This document shows, piece by piece, positions 1 through 9,358 of a stretch of DNA of 24,638 bases. Position numbers and translations under genes: made by a program. Each line of letters opens with the position of its first letter. Positions within the stretch are counted from its first letter, which is position 1. Under the pieces are notes generated by a model that was given only the letters and a program-made list of their open reading frames with translations, did not search any database and was not told where the DNA came from. The DNA is taken from UHGV virus genome UHGV-0052151. The stretch is one strand, 5' to 3'. This DNA comes from a virus.

Positions 1-415
1 TTGGTGTGGCAGCCTGCGTTTCTGACGTGCTGTTAGTGGCGCTGCTGAGTTGCACGGTGCCTTTTACCGTCAGTGAAGCTGCAGGCACATCCGTTATCTG
101 GCTCCACGGGTGCGTGTGACTGACAGGTGCCTTACCTGCTGCAAGGTCATATGCCGCCTTCACTGCCTTTGGTGTGGCAGCCTGCGTTTCTGACGTGCTG
201 TTAGTGGCGCTGCTGAGTTGCACAGTGCCTTTTACCGTCAGCGAGGCTGCAGGTACACCTGTTATCTGATTCCACGGGTGTGTGTGACTGGCGGATGCTT
301 TACCTGCTGCAAGATCATATGCAGCCTTCACAGCCTTCGGTGTTGCGGCCAGTATTTCGGATTCACTGTTGGTCGCACTGCTTAACTGAGTAAAACCTTT
401 TGCGGTCAGCGAGGC
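1..415. repeat. Tandem ~168-bp (56-codon) coding repeats inside the tail fibre gene
   Basis: 1-168 and 169-336 are near-identical (a few substitutions); 337-~415 is a diverged partial third copy. The array is cut by the window edge. Confidence 0.75.
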
Positions 416-916
416 GTCCGGGTGACGTCGTGACTGTTCGTGCTCTGATATTTTGTCATCCACATACTTGCGGGTTGCCAGCACTACGGCAGGGTCGATT
501 TTCAGGGTGATATTGTCCGTGCTGCTGGTAATCAACACCATACGCACGGTCTGGGTACGCCCGCTGCCTTCAGCCAGTTGCGGCTTATAGCTTTCCGGGC
601 AGTTGCCCACGGCAATCAATGCCCCGGACTCATCAAACAGGCCCACTTCACGTATCCACCAACCGCCCTCGTTTTCAGGGATCACCTGTTCAGCAATAAT
701 CTGGCTGCTGTTCTGCGGGTCGATATAGAGCATATTCAGCGCAGCCCGGCGTTTCTCATTTACCAGTGCTGTCTGCTTTGCGTCCGGCGTTGGTAATGTT
801 CCGCCGCCATCGCCGACCGCCATATGGGTAATTTTTAACGGCACACCGAGCGCGGCGGCGCTGGCAAGTTTCGCCGCGCCAATATCCGTCAGCAGGGTAT
901 AAAATTTTGTGCTCAT
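1..916 (-). CDS. H: Tail fibre protein, N-terminal part (gene continues past window start)
   Basis: ATG at 916 overlaps the stop of I (ATGA). Minus-strand translation begins MSTKFYTLLTDIGAAKLA...ITHMAVGDGGG, like the conserved N-terminus of P2-type tail fibres, followed by SSATNS(T/E)SE...ATPKAVKAAYDLAAGKA repeats. Open to position 1; absent from the ORF track because no stop lies in the window. Confidence 0.8.
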   Translation of the reverse strand, partial: MSTKFYTLLTDIGAAKLASAAALGVPLKITHMAVGDGGGTLPTPDAKQTALVNEKRRAALNMLYIDPQNSSQIIAEQVIPENEGGWWIREVGLFDESGALIAVGNCPESYKPQLAEGSGRTQTVRMVLITSSTDNITLKIDPAVVLATRKYVDDKISEHEQSRRHPDASLTAKGFTQLSSATNSESEILAATPKAVKAAYDLAAGKASASHTHPWNQITGVPAASLTVKGTVQLSSATNSTSETQAATPKAVKAAYDLAAGKAPVSHTHPWSQITDVPAASLTVKGTVQLSSATNSTSETQAATP

Positions 917-1518
917 GGATTCACTCTCATTGTGTCAATAACATGGACCGCCCCGCCTTCATGCGCGGTGCCGCCGGAAATAATTGTTTCGTTGATATAC
1001 GGAAAGATCGTGATTTCTTCACCAAGATAACTGGCTGCCCCCAACCAATACGGGCCGCTGGTCTGCAGATTGATGGACATGCCGATCATGTGACGGCTAC
1101 ATGGTTTGGCATCGCTTATCAGCCTCTCAAGTTCCAGATAGGTATCTTCAGTGATGCCCTGGTCCTGCACGCCGATATCCAGGCGAAACGTGCCGGGTGT
1201 TTCTCCGGTCTGCCACCACTCAATAATGCGGATCAGAAAGCCGAACGGCTCCACCACCCGCCGCACGGCACTGGTGGTCCCTTTATGCTGATGAATATAA
1301 AAAGCATCCTTCACCACCTGGCGCTTGACGCTTTCTGTCCAGCCCTCGTCCCAGCGATCCACAGAGAACGCCCAGGCGAGATAAGGCAGGAAACTGACCG
1401 GACAGGTAGCCGGATTCCACAAGTCACGCAGCGGCACCTGCAAATCAGAAATCCCGCTACAGGTTTGCGCCAGTCGGCGCTCCAGTGAAGTTGAACCCGG
1501 TGGCAGCAGACTATTCAT
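913..1518 (-). CDS. I: Baseplate/tail assembly protein (P2 gpI-like)
   Basis: 201-aa ORF between J and H in P2 gene order; ATG at 1518; stop overlaps H start. Confidence 0.75.
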   Translation of the reverse strand: MNSLLPPGSTSLERRLAQTCSGISDLQVPLRDLWNPATCPVSFLPYLAWAFSVDRWDEGWTESVKRQVVKDAFYIHQHKGTTSAVRRVVEPFGFLIRIIEWWQTGETPGTFRLDIGVQDQGITEDTYLELERLISDAKPCSRHMIGMSINLQTSGPYWLGAASYLGEEITIFPYINETIISGGTAHEGGAVHVIDTMRVNP

Positions 1519-2419
1519 CCGTTCCTCCGTTGGTTACGCTCCACTGCGTACATGATGCCGCCTGTGTTTTGTTCAGGACCACATCCGCCAGCGGAGAAGC
1601 CAGTTCCACACGTTGAACACCCTCAACATGCAGAGCAGCAAAGATGGCGCTACGGCGAATATCCCGACCAAGCCTCGTCTGGCTGGCAATGTACTTCTGC
1701 AGACTGGCTTTTGCCGCTGCCATTACCGGCTCTGCTTCCGGTCCCGGATAGAGAAAAATGGTGGCTTCCACGCGATACGGAATGATTTCTGCGCTGCGAA
1801 CCGTAAGACGGTCAGCCACCGGGCGGACGTTCTCACTGTTCAGGGCTTTCTCCACCACATCCAGCAAGTCTTTTTCTGCTGTTCCGTCGCCTTCACGACT
1901 CAGGACAGTCAGTACCACCTCTGCAGGTGCCGGACTGGTTGCACTGGCATCCGCCACCCGACCGTCGGCGCTTCGGGCATGAAATTCATAAGCGGCAGTT
2001 GGCCCCGCAACAGAAAGCCCTTCAAAGGCTGCGGGCACACGCAGGCGTAACGCTTCATCGCTTTCCATCACAGCCGCAACGGGTGGCACAGCGTCATTAT
2101 CAGCAGGCGTCACCGTCAGGCGTTTCACGTTGTAGTTGGCAGCGAGCTGGTCAAGATCGCCGCCCATCGCGTAAGCCACCATCACAGCCTGCGCGGCTTC
2201 GTTAATGCGCTGGCGCAGAAGCAACTCACGGTAAGCGTTCTCCTGCAGCAATTTGGTGACGGGTTCAGATTCCAGTTCCAGCGTGCGGATCACGGCTTCC
2301 TGCTCATCTTTCGGATGAAGCGCAACAAATTCGGCCTTGCGTTCGGCAAGCAGCGTCTCAAAGTCCGGCACATCGACAATCTGCGGCGCAGGCAACTGCG
2401 AAAGGTCAATCACTGCCAT
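1511..2419 (-). CDS. J: Baseplate assembly protein J (gp6-like wedge)
   Basis: Track ORF 1511-2458; internal ATG at 2419 (MAVIDLSQLP...) gives 302 aa, the P2 J length as I recall it; synteny W-J-I. Confidence 0.8.
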   Translation of the reverse strand: MAVIDLSQLPAPQIVDVPDFETLLAERKAEFVALHPKDEQEAVIRTLELESEPVTKLLQENAYRELLLRQRINEAAQAVMVAYAMGGDLDQLAANYNVKRLTVTPADNDAVPPVAAVMESDEALRLRVPAAFEGLSVAGPTAAYEFHARSADGRVADASATSPAPAEVVLTVLSREGDGTAEKDLLDVVEKALNSENVRPVADRLTVRSAEIIPYRVEATIFLYPGPEAEPVMAAAKASLQKYIASQTRLGRDIRRSAIFAALHVEGVQRVELASPLADVVLNKTQAASCTQWSVTNGGTDE

Positions 2420-2765
2420 TCTCTGCTCCTGTTGATACGGAAAGGGAAACAGGCACACCGTTATTACGCCGCCCGGTCAGCCCCACCACCATTGAACCGT
2501 CAAAATTGCTTTTAATGGTGATGGAATCCAGCGTCAGCCGTGGCTCCCAGCGACTCAGCGCCACATACACTGCCGACATGACCTGCAGGCGTAATGCCGG
2601 ATTTTGTGGCTGGTCTATCAGTGTCGACAGCAGGGAACCATATTCACGACGGGCAATGCGGCTACCCTGCGGTGTCAGTAGAATGTCCCGCACCGACTGA
2701 CGCAGATGGTCAATATCAGTAATGGCTTTACCGCTGGTATTGTTCATCCCGATATAAAGCGTCAT
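2406..2765 (-). CDS. W: Baseplate wedge protein W (gp25-like)
   Basis: 119 aa; ATGA overlap with V stop; position and size match P2 W. Confidence 0.8.
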   Translation of the reverse strand: MTLYIGMNNTSGKAITDIDHLRQSVRDILLTPQGSRIARREYGSLLSTLIDQPQNPALRLQVMSAVYVALSRWEPRLTLDSITIKSNFDGSMVVGLTGRRNNGVPVSLSVSTGAENGSD

Positions 2766-3340
2766 ACCGGGCCTCCGGTTGTATCGCCGCCTTTCAGGAC
2801 GCCAGTATGCTGATGCGCATCAACCACGATCCCGTTAGAACTCATCGCTCCGCCGCCCTGGGTAACGCCGCCATTGATCACCACTTCGCTGTTAATGCGC
2901 GTGCGGTCAGCCTCCAGTACAAACTCACTGGTTTTCATGGTGATGTTGTCAGCGGCCTCAATGACCATTGATTTGATGCCCCTGACATACCAGCGCCCGG
3001 TGGCGGGTTCGTATTCAAACCAGCCGCCGTCCGGGTATTCCGTCACGTTGCCGTCCTCAGAACCTGAAGGTGGCGGAAACTGGTTTGAGTAGACCGCAGG
3101 CAGGGCAAACGCGGTTTCCAGATTGCCGCCAAGACTGAACAGCACAACCTGCTCACCCACAGACGGTTTCCACCAGGTGCGCGATTTGCCCGCGCGCAGT
3201 GTCAGCCAGTTAATCCAGTTGGTTTCGAGGTCGCCAGTTTTCACCCGACACAGCCAGTTTGCCCTGTCCACTTCGGTGACTACACCTGTGCGGATCAGGT
3301 TGGTGATAAGGCGCATGATTTCGGTTAATTGTGCGTTCAT
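2762..3340 (-). CDS. V: Baseplate spike/assembly protein V
   Basis: 192 aa; ATG at 3340; synteny S-V-W. Confidence 0.75.
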   Translation of the reverse strand: MNAQLTEIMRLITNLIRTGVVTEVDRANWLCRVKTGDLETNWINWLTLRAGKSRTWWKPSVGEQVVLFSLGGNLETAFALPAVYSNQFPPPSGSEDGNVTEYPDGGWFEYEPATGRWYVRGIKSMVIEAADNITMKTSEFVLEADRTRINSEVVINGGVTQGGGAMSSNGIVVDAHQHTGVLKGGDTTGGPV

Positions 3341-3408
3341 AGGGAAAGGTTGCCATCAGGGGAAGAAAGGCGGCAGTGCTGCAACTTGTATCAGTGCTGA
3401 TACAAAGA

Positions 3409-3855
3409 TCACCCCGCCAGCCATTGCAGAATCATGTCGCGGGTCATTGCCTCAACATCATCATTTACACCCAGAAGGCGGCGTTCTGCGTAACGGACCT
3501 CAGGTCCTTTGCTACTGACGCGATCGCGCAAGCCGTAATGGTGAACACGGGCAATGCGCTGCACCTTACCTTCAAACTGTACGCTGGCAGAATCCGCGCT
3601 GGCGGCGGTTTTCAGGTATTTTGTGGTGCGCAGCTTTGCAAACATCTGACGTTTGATGCGCCCTTTTTTACTTCGTGCTGTTACCCGTCGCGGTTCATAG
3701 CTGCTGCCGTCAGGGTTGCGCTGCATCCTGATATTCTGCTGCTGTGTCCGGCGCAGTTCCTGCGCCAGCTGGCGCATCATGCGGCTTCTTGCGGCTGGCT
3801 CCAGATTCGCCAGCAAGGCACTCAGCCAGTCGTCCACTTTCTGCAGTTCAGCCAC
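3409..3855 (-). CDS. S: Tail completion protein S
   Basis: 148 aa; GTG start at 3855 overlapping R stop; synteny R-S-V. Confidence 0.7.
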   Translation of the reverse strand: MAELQKVDDWLSALLANLEPAARSRMMRQLAQELRRTQQQNIRMQRNPDGSSYEPRRVTARSKKGRIKRQMFAKLRTTKYLKTAASADSASVQFEGKVQRIARVHHYGLRDRVSSKGPEVRYAERRLLGVNDDVEAMTRDMILQWLAG

Positions 3856-4279
3856 GTTTCACCGTCCACATTTCTTCAGGTTCATCAGGTTCCGCTATAG
3901 CTTCAACGCTCGACACACTGCCGTCAGTGCTGACCAGCACACGCTCCGTCAGTTGCAGGTTGAGGCTGATATCACAGACATCGTTGCGCAGAATATCCAC
4001 CTCAAAGGTGAATAGCTTTTCCCGTAACGCCGGGTTATTGATGGCATCGGGCTGGTTATCACGCAGCCACAGCAAAACCGGGGCCATCAGCAGATTCTGG
4101 TCGCCGCTGAAATCCTCAATCACCACGTTCAGGGTGTAGCGGTACTCCCATGACATGGAGCTGGCCCCCGTGGCAACCAGCGAACCGTTATCCACAAACA
4201 GATGCAGTTTGTCCGGGTTATTGCGGACATAAGGCACCGCTTTATTGAGGGCGTGGCGCAGGGATTGTGGTTTGTTCAC
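3848..4279 (-). CDS. R: Tail completion protein R
   Basis: Track ORF 3848-4300; a GTG at 4279 preceded by AGGAG gives VNKPQSLRHAL..., the more likely start; synteny. Confidence 0.65.
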   Translation of the reverse strand: MNKPQSLRHALNKAVPYVRNNPDKLHLFVDNGSLVATGASSMSWEYRYTLNVVIEDFSGDQNLLMAPVLLWLRDNQPDAINNPALREKLFTFEVDILRNDVCDISLNLQLTERVLVSTDGSVSSVEAIAEPDEPEEMWTVKRG

Positions 4280-4532
4280 TGTTTCGCTCCTGACACGCAA
4301 TAATCATGTCCACTTTGTCTGCACAGACCGCCCAGGCGGCCTCCGTTTCATCCAGCAACGCATTCAGATCACCGTTAGTGCGCGGTGCTGCCTGCTCCAG
4401 CCGACACGGCGTCACTCGCGGACAACCACTGACGGTAAGCTGCACCTCCGGTGAGTGCCGGACGTTCCCGCAGCCGGATAATGTCAGCAGGCAAAGGAGT
4501 ATCAGCCCAGTGGCGTAAATCCTCGTTCTCAC
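4242..4532 (-). CDS. lysC: Outer-membrane spanin lipoprotein (Rz1/LysC-like)
   Basis: Begins MRTRIYATGLILLCLLTLSGC (signal peptide plus lipobox L-S-G-C); GTG start with GAGGA upstream; read in an alternative frame inside the 3' part of lysB and running into R, the classic embedded-spanin layout. Confidence 0.65.
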   Translation of the reverse strand: MRTRIYATGLILLCLLTLSGCGNVRHSPEVQLTVSGCPRVTPCRLEQAAPRTNGDLNALLDETEAAWAVCADKVDMIIACQERNSEQTTIPAPRPQ

Positions 4533-4803
4533 GTTTCAGTTCCTCGATCCGGCGTTGTCGTTGTCTCAGATGTGCGCTGGTCTGTTCTGCTTCGGCATAG
4601 AGCCGCGCCTGCTCCCGGTTATTGGTTTCAGTCAGAATGGACAGGCTGATAAGCTGGCTGTTGCTCTTTGCCAGTGCCTGGCTTTTGCTCTGCAGCTCGT
4701 TTGCCTGCGTGCTGATGGTCTGGCTGGCATCAGCCAGCCGCCACGTCTGCCAGCCCAGCGCCGCTAGTAATAACGCCAGCACAACCAGCAGCAACCGGTT
4801 CAT
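4375..4803 (-). CDS. lysB: Inner-membrane spanin (Rz/LysB-like)
   Basis: 142 aa; N-terminal TM segment MNRLLLVVLALLLAALGW, then charged helical region; ATGA overlap with lysA stop. Confidence 0.7.
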   Translation of the reverse strand: MNRLLLVVLALLLAALGWQTWRLADASQTISTQANELQSKSQALAKSNSQLISLSILTETNNREQARLYAEAEQTSAHLRQRQRRIEELKRENEDLRHWADTPLPADIIRLRERPALTGGAAYRQWLSASDAVSAGAGSTAH

Positions 4804-5177
4804 GCTGCTACCTGTTGCGCCATCTGATTACGGGTGATCCAGAAGGCAATAACGGTCAGTAGATAAAAGACCAGGGTAATAGCCCACCCCGTCCATGCGA
4901 GACTTACAACAATCAGCAATCGCATCACCCAACTGATAAATACGTTTTCTTTTCGGGTAATTGTCTTCAGCAAAGATGCCCTTAACTCCTGCCAGAGCGG
5001 GCCATTCTGAATTAACGCAGCCAGTGCTACCGGAATTACCGCCCATGTCAGCAAACAGGCTACCCAAACGCCGGACGCTGCCAGTACCGGAAAAATCCCC
5101 TGCGGATACACCATTGCTGCGATTAACAGCGCCATCCATAACATCAGAAACAGTCCGCTGATTAATTTCTTTTTCAT
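4800..5177 (-). CDS. lysA: Lysis-timing membrane protein (P2 LysA-like)
   Basis: Track ORF 4800-5249; ATG at 5177 (MKKKLISGLF...) gives a polytopic hydrophobic protein right after K; the longer form would overlap K. Confidence 0.55.
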   Translation of the reverse strand: MKKKLISGLFLMLWMALLIAAMVYPQGIFPVLAASGVWVACLLTWAVIPVALAALIQNGPLWQELRASLLKTITRKENVFISWVMRLLIVVSLAWTGWAITLVFYLLTVIAFWITRNQMAQQVAA

Positions 5178-5178
5178 T

Positions 5179-5691
5179 TCAGTTTGCTCCCTGTAAACAC
5201 CAGGCCATCTCCCGCGCACGGCGGTTATCCAGCCCCTGATTAAACACACCTTTTACATAAACCCAGCGCTGCAACTGTCGGCACGCATCCGCCCAGCGCC
5301 GCTGATTGAGCAATTTCACCAGCGTGGAGCTGCAGGCATTGCCCGTCCCCACGTTGAAGGCAAACGACACCGCAGCGTCATACACCTTCTGCGGTGGCTG
5401 TTGCTTCACACACCTTTCCAGTGCCCGCTCCACACGCAGCACGTTGGAGATCAGCCCTTCTGCTGCCTGTCGTTCCGTGATTGTTTTGCCGGGAATAACG
5501 CCCGATGTATTACCAATGCCGTCGGTCCAGACACCCGCGCTGCACTGATACGGCTGCAGACGACAGCCTTCGTAATCAGCAATCAGTTTCAGCCCCTCCA
5601 CGGAGGTGTGAAGCTGCTGAAAACCCGGCAGCGTGGCAGCAATAGCCAGCACGGCCCCGACAAGGCAGCGTTTAACGATTGATGGATTCAT
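5179..5691 (-). CDS. K: Endolysin (phage lysozyme, probable SAR-type)
   Basis: 170 aa; hydrophobic N-terminus CLVGAVLAIAATL, then EGLKLIADYEGCRLQPYQCSAGVWTDGIGNT (E...D...T lysozyme catalytic pattern). Confidence 0.85.
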   Translation of the reverse strand: MNPSIVKRCLVGAVLAIAATLPGFQQLHTSVEGLKLIADYEGCRLQPYQCSAGVWTDGIGNTSGVIPGKTITERQAAEGLISNVLRVERALERCVKQQPPQKVYDAAVSFAFNVGTGNACSSTLVKLLNQRRWADACRQLQRWVYVKGVFNQGLDNRRAREMAWCLQGAN

Positions 5692-5887
5692 AGTCCTCCC
5701 GCGAGATCTGCCCGTCGCGCAGAAGCTGGTAGGCTTTGTGTTTGTAGTACCAGTTGATAGCCAGCATCAGCACACCAATCATCAGGCCGCCCAGCGTTGA
5801 GGCATCCTTGATGGACAAATCGCCCAGCCAGGCCAGCACGACGGCGATGCAATACGTGATAAAGGCGCTGATTCGCTCAAGCGTCAT
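5672..5887 (-). CDS. Y: Holin
   Basis: 71 aa, two hydrophobic segments, charged C-terminus, immediately upstream of endolysin. Confidence 0.7.
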   Translation of the reverse strand: MTLERISAFITYCIAVVLAWLGDLSIKDASTLGGLMIGVLMLAINWYYKHKAYQLLRDGQISREDYESINR

Positions 5888-5890
5888 AAT

Positions 5891-6094
5891 TCAGTCCCAT
5901 AGCTGGACGGTCTGCACGGTGGTGGTGGTCGGAATGTCCGGCAGCTCCACCAGCAGCCCGTGAGGTAAAAAGGGGCCGTATTCGGCAAGCCCCGGATTTG
6001 CCTTCAGTACCTGCTCCGTGACACCCTGCGTGCGCCCGTAATGACGCCAGCAAAGCGCGTCCACCGTGTCATACTGATGCGCACGCACTTTCAT
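5891..6094 (-). CDS. X: Tail protein X
   Basis: 67 aa ORF between L and Y, the P2 gpX position and size. Confidence 0.7.
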   Translation of the reverse strand: MKVRAHQYDTVDALCWRHYGRTQGVTEQVLKANPGLAEYGPFLPHGLLVELPDIPTTTTVQTVQLWD

Positions 6095-6558
6095 CAGATA
6101 AGCTCCACTGTGCTGTGCGGCGCATCCTGCACCCGGCTGATGGCCCAGCGGGCGTCACGCCACAAATCACCGCTTGCTTCCGCCAGTTCCTCGCCCCGCT
6201 TCACACCGGACGCCGTGGCGTCATAGTCCTGGTAACGTTCGTTGAGCATGGCGCGTGCCCAGCAGTAAACCGCGTTGAAATAGTGCTGAATGCGCTCACT
6301 TTTGCTGTCCAGCTGTTCCGCCGGAACCTCTGCCAGCGAGGCATACCCCAGCATCTGCTGGCGTCTGCGAAACTCATACAGCTCTGCGTTGACCTCCGAA
6401 ATTGCCGACAGCGCAACCTGCTTTAAACGCGGCTGCGTCACCGTGCCGTCAGTGCGCATCACGCTGCGAAACTCCGACAGGTCCACATCAGGCCAGAACG
6501 GCGTATTCCTGATGATTTCCGCCTGTTCCGGTGCCTGTTCTGGCGCAACAAACTTCAT
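6094..6558 (-). CDS. L: Head completion/stabilisation protein
   Basis: Track ORF 6094-6621 (GTG); ATG at 6558 with AGGAG about 9 nt upstream (MKFVAPEQ...) is preferred; synteny M-L-X. Confidence 0.7.
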   Translation of the reverse strand: MKFVAPEQAPEQAEIIRNTPFWPDVDLSEFRSVMRTDGTVTQPRLKQVALSAISEVNAELYEFRRRQQMLGYASLAEVPAEQLDSKSERIQHYFNAVYCWARAMLNERYQDYDATASGVKRGEELAEASGDLWRDARWAISRVQDAPHSTVELI

Positions 6559-6653
6559 GCTGCTTTCTCCTGAAATAGAGGGCGGTGGACGGGGTTTTGA
6601 TGTGGCAGTGCCTTTCGCCACCCCGTGCCGCCCGTGCGCGGGGGCACGTTCTG

Positions 6654-7304
6654 TCAGCGACTGTCATTGCGCAGTCTGCGCTCCAGCTGCTGTTTGTCTT
6701 TTTTCACGCCACAGCGAGGATCGAGCTGTAACGCATGGTTGAGATGATTAAGGGCGGAAGCCGGGTTGCTTTCACTCAGGACAGCGCCAATCGCTTTATG
6801 CAGACGCGCCCGTGACTGGTCCGGCATATCCAGACCGTCTGTCAGCTCCAGCGTCTGCAGCAACAGGTCGGCATCAAAGCCGGTGGCGGCAAGCATTGCG
6901 CTCTGCGCCGCGTCTGCCATTTCCTCTGCCAGCACGGTCTGCACGTTGCGGTTACCCAGCGGCATCACCCAGCCATGACGCAGGGCATGACGCCCGATCT
7001 CCAGCGCCCCGGCATAATCTCCGGCATCAATGCGCCACAGCATCACGTACATCAGCACGTCATCCTGTTGAGCGCCTCCGGCAGCCAGAACGCCCTCCGC
7101 CCAGGCGGCATATTTCGGCAGCAGCTCCACCTTGATTTCCGCTTTTTTGACCGTGGACTGAACGCCCTTGAGACGGCGGCGGTCTTCCGCCAGTTGCAGC
7201 AGCATCAGGTCATAGCCCGACGCGTGGCGAACACTGCCACCCTCGCGAGCGGCCTGTTCAGCCTGAACGCGCAGGCGATGCTGCCGTGCGGGACTCAGGC
7301 TCAT
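6654..7304 (-). CDS. M: Terminase small (endonuclease) subunit
   Basis: 216 aa directly downstream of N; P2 gpM position. Confidence 0.75.
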   Translation of the reverse strand: MSLSPARQHRLRVQAEQAAREGGSVRHASGYDLMLLQLAEDRRRLKGVQSTVKKAEIKVELLPKYAAWAEGVLAAGGAQQDDVLMYVMLWRIDAGDYAGALEIGRHALRHGWVMPLGNRNVQTVLAEEMADAAQSAMLAATGFDADLLLQTLELTDGLDMPDQSRARLHKAIGAVLSESNPASALNHLNHALQLDPRCGVKKDKQQLERRLRNDSR

Positions 7305-7307
7305 GAA

Positions 7308-8366
7308 TTACGCTCCGGTTTCTGCTGCGGCGGCGCTGAAGTCACCAATCTGGATGTTTTCCACCAGTGCAGCGCAGCGATAGTCCTCAACCACATAGGC
7401 TTCGTTAACGGATTCAAAATTTTCAATCCGGTCACGTTTCGGGTTGTCGATAACTGAACGGCGGCGGGTATCTTCCTGCCAGTAGATGGACAGGTTATCC
7501 AGACGGGTGATCAGCAGCGCATTCGGCGGGAAGAACGGCGCACGCACCGCCTGCAGGCCACCCATGCGTTTCTGACTGATGATCATATCGGCAGCCAGTT
7601 TTTCACTGTTTTCCTGCTCTTTGTTGACCAGCGGGAAATACTTGTCAGACAGCAGTTCACGACCGCAAATCACCACCAGATCGTCATCGTCCTGGTAGAC
7701 CACGTCGATAAGCTCATTGACGGCATCCATCACCACGGCGTCCAGGTTGGCATATTCGCCACCTTTCCCGACTTTCACTGCGCCCGGTGTGGTTTCACCG
7801 CCCGTGGTGGTGCTGCCCATGACGTGATCCGGTGCATCCTCACGGATTTTCTGCAGCCAGCCTTTATTCACATCCTGCAGTAGCGGGTTTTCGCTACGGT
7901 TAGAGGTTTTCGCACGCTTCACGCCGTTAAAGCCGATCATGATGCGGTCCAGTGCCTGACGTTTCACGATGGCGTTACGGATACGCACCTGGAAATCCTG
8001 AAACTTCGCCCACAGGTCCAGCTTCGCGTAGGTCAGCACCGTGTCAAAGTTGGTCTGTTCGCATTTGTATTCCACATCGACCATCAGCGTCGGATCGACA
8101 GGTTCACGCTCTTTCGCGGTGGTGTCAGTGGTTCCGGCAATGGTGCTGCCAACACCCAGCCCCAGCAGCTGACCGGACTGCTCAGTCACTGGCGTGACGT
8201 TAATCAGCGTCAGGAAAGCGGCGGACTGCTGGATCTGGTCTTCCAGCGTCTGCTGCACAGACGGCTCCACAGTGAACTTGCTGGACAGTTCTTCAACTGC
8301 CACACCGTTCAGACGCGCCAGCTGCTGCAGGTAAGCGTTAAAAGCAAAGCGGGTATTCTTCTTCAT
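7308..8366 (-). CDS. N: Major capsid protein
   Basis: 352 aa, starts MKKNTRFAFNAYLQQLARLNGV; P2 gpN-like size and position between O and M. Confidence 0.9.
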   Translation of the reverse strand: MKKNTRFAFNAYLQQLARLNGVAVEELSSKFTVEPSVQQTLEDQIQQSAAFLTLINVTPVTEQSGQLLGLGVGSTIAGTTDTTAKEREPVDPTLMVDVEYKCEQTNFDTVLTYAKLDLWAKFQDFQVRIRNAIVKRQALDRIMIGFNGVKRAKTSNRSENPLLQDVNKGWLQKIREDAPDHVMGSTTTGGETTPGAVKVGKGGEYANLDAVVMDAVNELIDVVYQDDDDLVVICGRELLSDKYFPLVNKEQENSEKLAADMIISQKRMGGLQAVRAPFFPPNALLITRLDNLSIYWQEDTRRRSVIDNPKRDRIENFESVNEAYVVEDYRCAALVENIQIGDFSAAAAETGA

Positions 8367-8382
8367 CGGGTTTTATGCTCCA

Positions 8383-9216
8383 TCAGCAATTGGTCAGAGT
8401 GTCAGCGGGGGCGTTACCGCCTGTTGCACGCTGGCGGTAGTCCTGGCGGCAGTCCTCATGGCTCAGCTTGTCCACCAGTTCGTTAAAGGCGGCCTGTTGT
8501 GCCTGCAGGGCAGTCTCCAACTTAGACAGGCGTTCTTCCTGCTCAGACAGGGATTTTTCGGTGCGTGCGCTCAGGTTTTGCTGCTCAGTGGCGACCAGCT
8601 CCACGGCCTTATGCACATCAGAGAACCGGGCATCGTCGGACTGCTCTTTTTTGGTGAACAGCGCCGTGACGCGGGCAAACAGGGACGGCTTGTCCTCCTG
8701 GATTTCTTCCAGTTCGATCACCGTTTCCTCTGCGGCGGTAAAGAGATTGGCGGGATTCTGCTTGCGGTTTGCCAGCGGGTTATGGGCTGCACTGGCGCTG
8801 AATGTCAGCATTTCCGTACCCAGACTGGCTGGATCATCAGTGGCGGCCAGGCCAACCAGGTAGGCTTTGCCCGTATCAGCGAACTTCGGGCTGACTTCCA
8901 TAGAGGTGAATAATTTCTGGCCTTTTTTCACCAGTTCCACCAGGGACTCCGTTGGCTCAACGTCGGCATACAGTGCCATCTTGCCCGCCAGCGGGCCTTC
9001 CGTGATTTCTTCAGCAAACAGCGCCGTCACCTTGCCGTAGCGGTTAAAGGTGCTGTCCGGCAGATAAGACTTGATGTGCTCAAGGTTAATCAGCGCGGTG
9101 TACACCGCCGGGTTGTAGCTGGCTGCCATCTGTTCCAGCCATTCACGCTGGATTTCGCGTCCGTCGGTGGTGGCACCTTCCACCCCGATGCGAAAACGCT
9201 TTGCTTTCACTGTCAT
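8383..9216 (-). CDS. O: Capsid scaffolding protein
   Basis: 277 aa; first gene of the minus-strand late operon, divergent from P. Confidence 0.85.
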   Translation of the reverse strand: MTVKAKRFRIGVEGATTDGREIQREWLEQMAASYNPAVYTALINLEHIKSYLPDSTFNRYGKVTALFAEEITEGPLAGKMALYADVEPTESLVELVKKGQKLFTSMEVSPKFADTGKAYLVGLAATDDPASLGTEMLTFSASAAHNPLANRKQNPANLFTAAEETVIELEEIQEDKPSLFARVTALFTKKEQSDDARFSDVHKAVELVATEQQNLSARTEKSLSEQEERLSKLETALQAQQAAFNELVDKLSHEDCRQDYRQRATGGNAPADTLTNC

Positions 9217-9294
9217 GAGCCGTGCTCCGTTAGAAAAAACTTACTGGAGCCTTATGGTTGCGGTGATGGGGGCAGTGAAACAATGCGCGGTATT

Positions 9295-9312
9295 TGTACC
9301 GACTACCACACA
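9295..9312. promoter_or_regulatory. Candidate late-promoter activator site (TGT-N12-ACA dyad) in the O/P divergent region
   Basis: TGTACCGACTACCACACA lies in the 142-bp intergenic region between O (start 9216) and P (start 9359); P2-family late promoters are recalled to carry a TGT-N12-ACA element for Ogr-type activators. Confidence 0.35.
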
Positions 9313-9358
9313 AACCGCAGGCGGGGAAAGCCTTCATTCAAGGCTGTAGGTTTGTGCC

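Noticed and set aside
1-415. Tandem repeats considered as a possible CRISPR array or VNTR
   Set aside because: Repeat units are 168 bp, contiguous with no spacers, and lie in frame inside the tail fibre coding sequence.
907-1488. 193-aa plus-strand ORF antisense to gene I, and similar long antisense ORFs (e.g. 1613-2050, 3376-3900, 8458-8913, 17924-18646)
   Set aside because: They overlap well-supported phage genes on the opposite strand over their whole length, lack RBSs and have low-complexity Arg/Ala/Pro-rich translations typical of spurious ORFs in GC-rich DNA.
9316-9334. Second cos-like string CAGGCGGGGAAAGCC in the O/P intergenic region
   Set aside because: Matches the interior of the recalled cos 19-mer but lies between the divergent late operons, not between Q and A where cos belongs; more likely part of the late promoter/5' UTR (it overlaps a small hairpin AGCCTT...AAGGCT). 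Cannot be resolved without the reference sequence.
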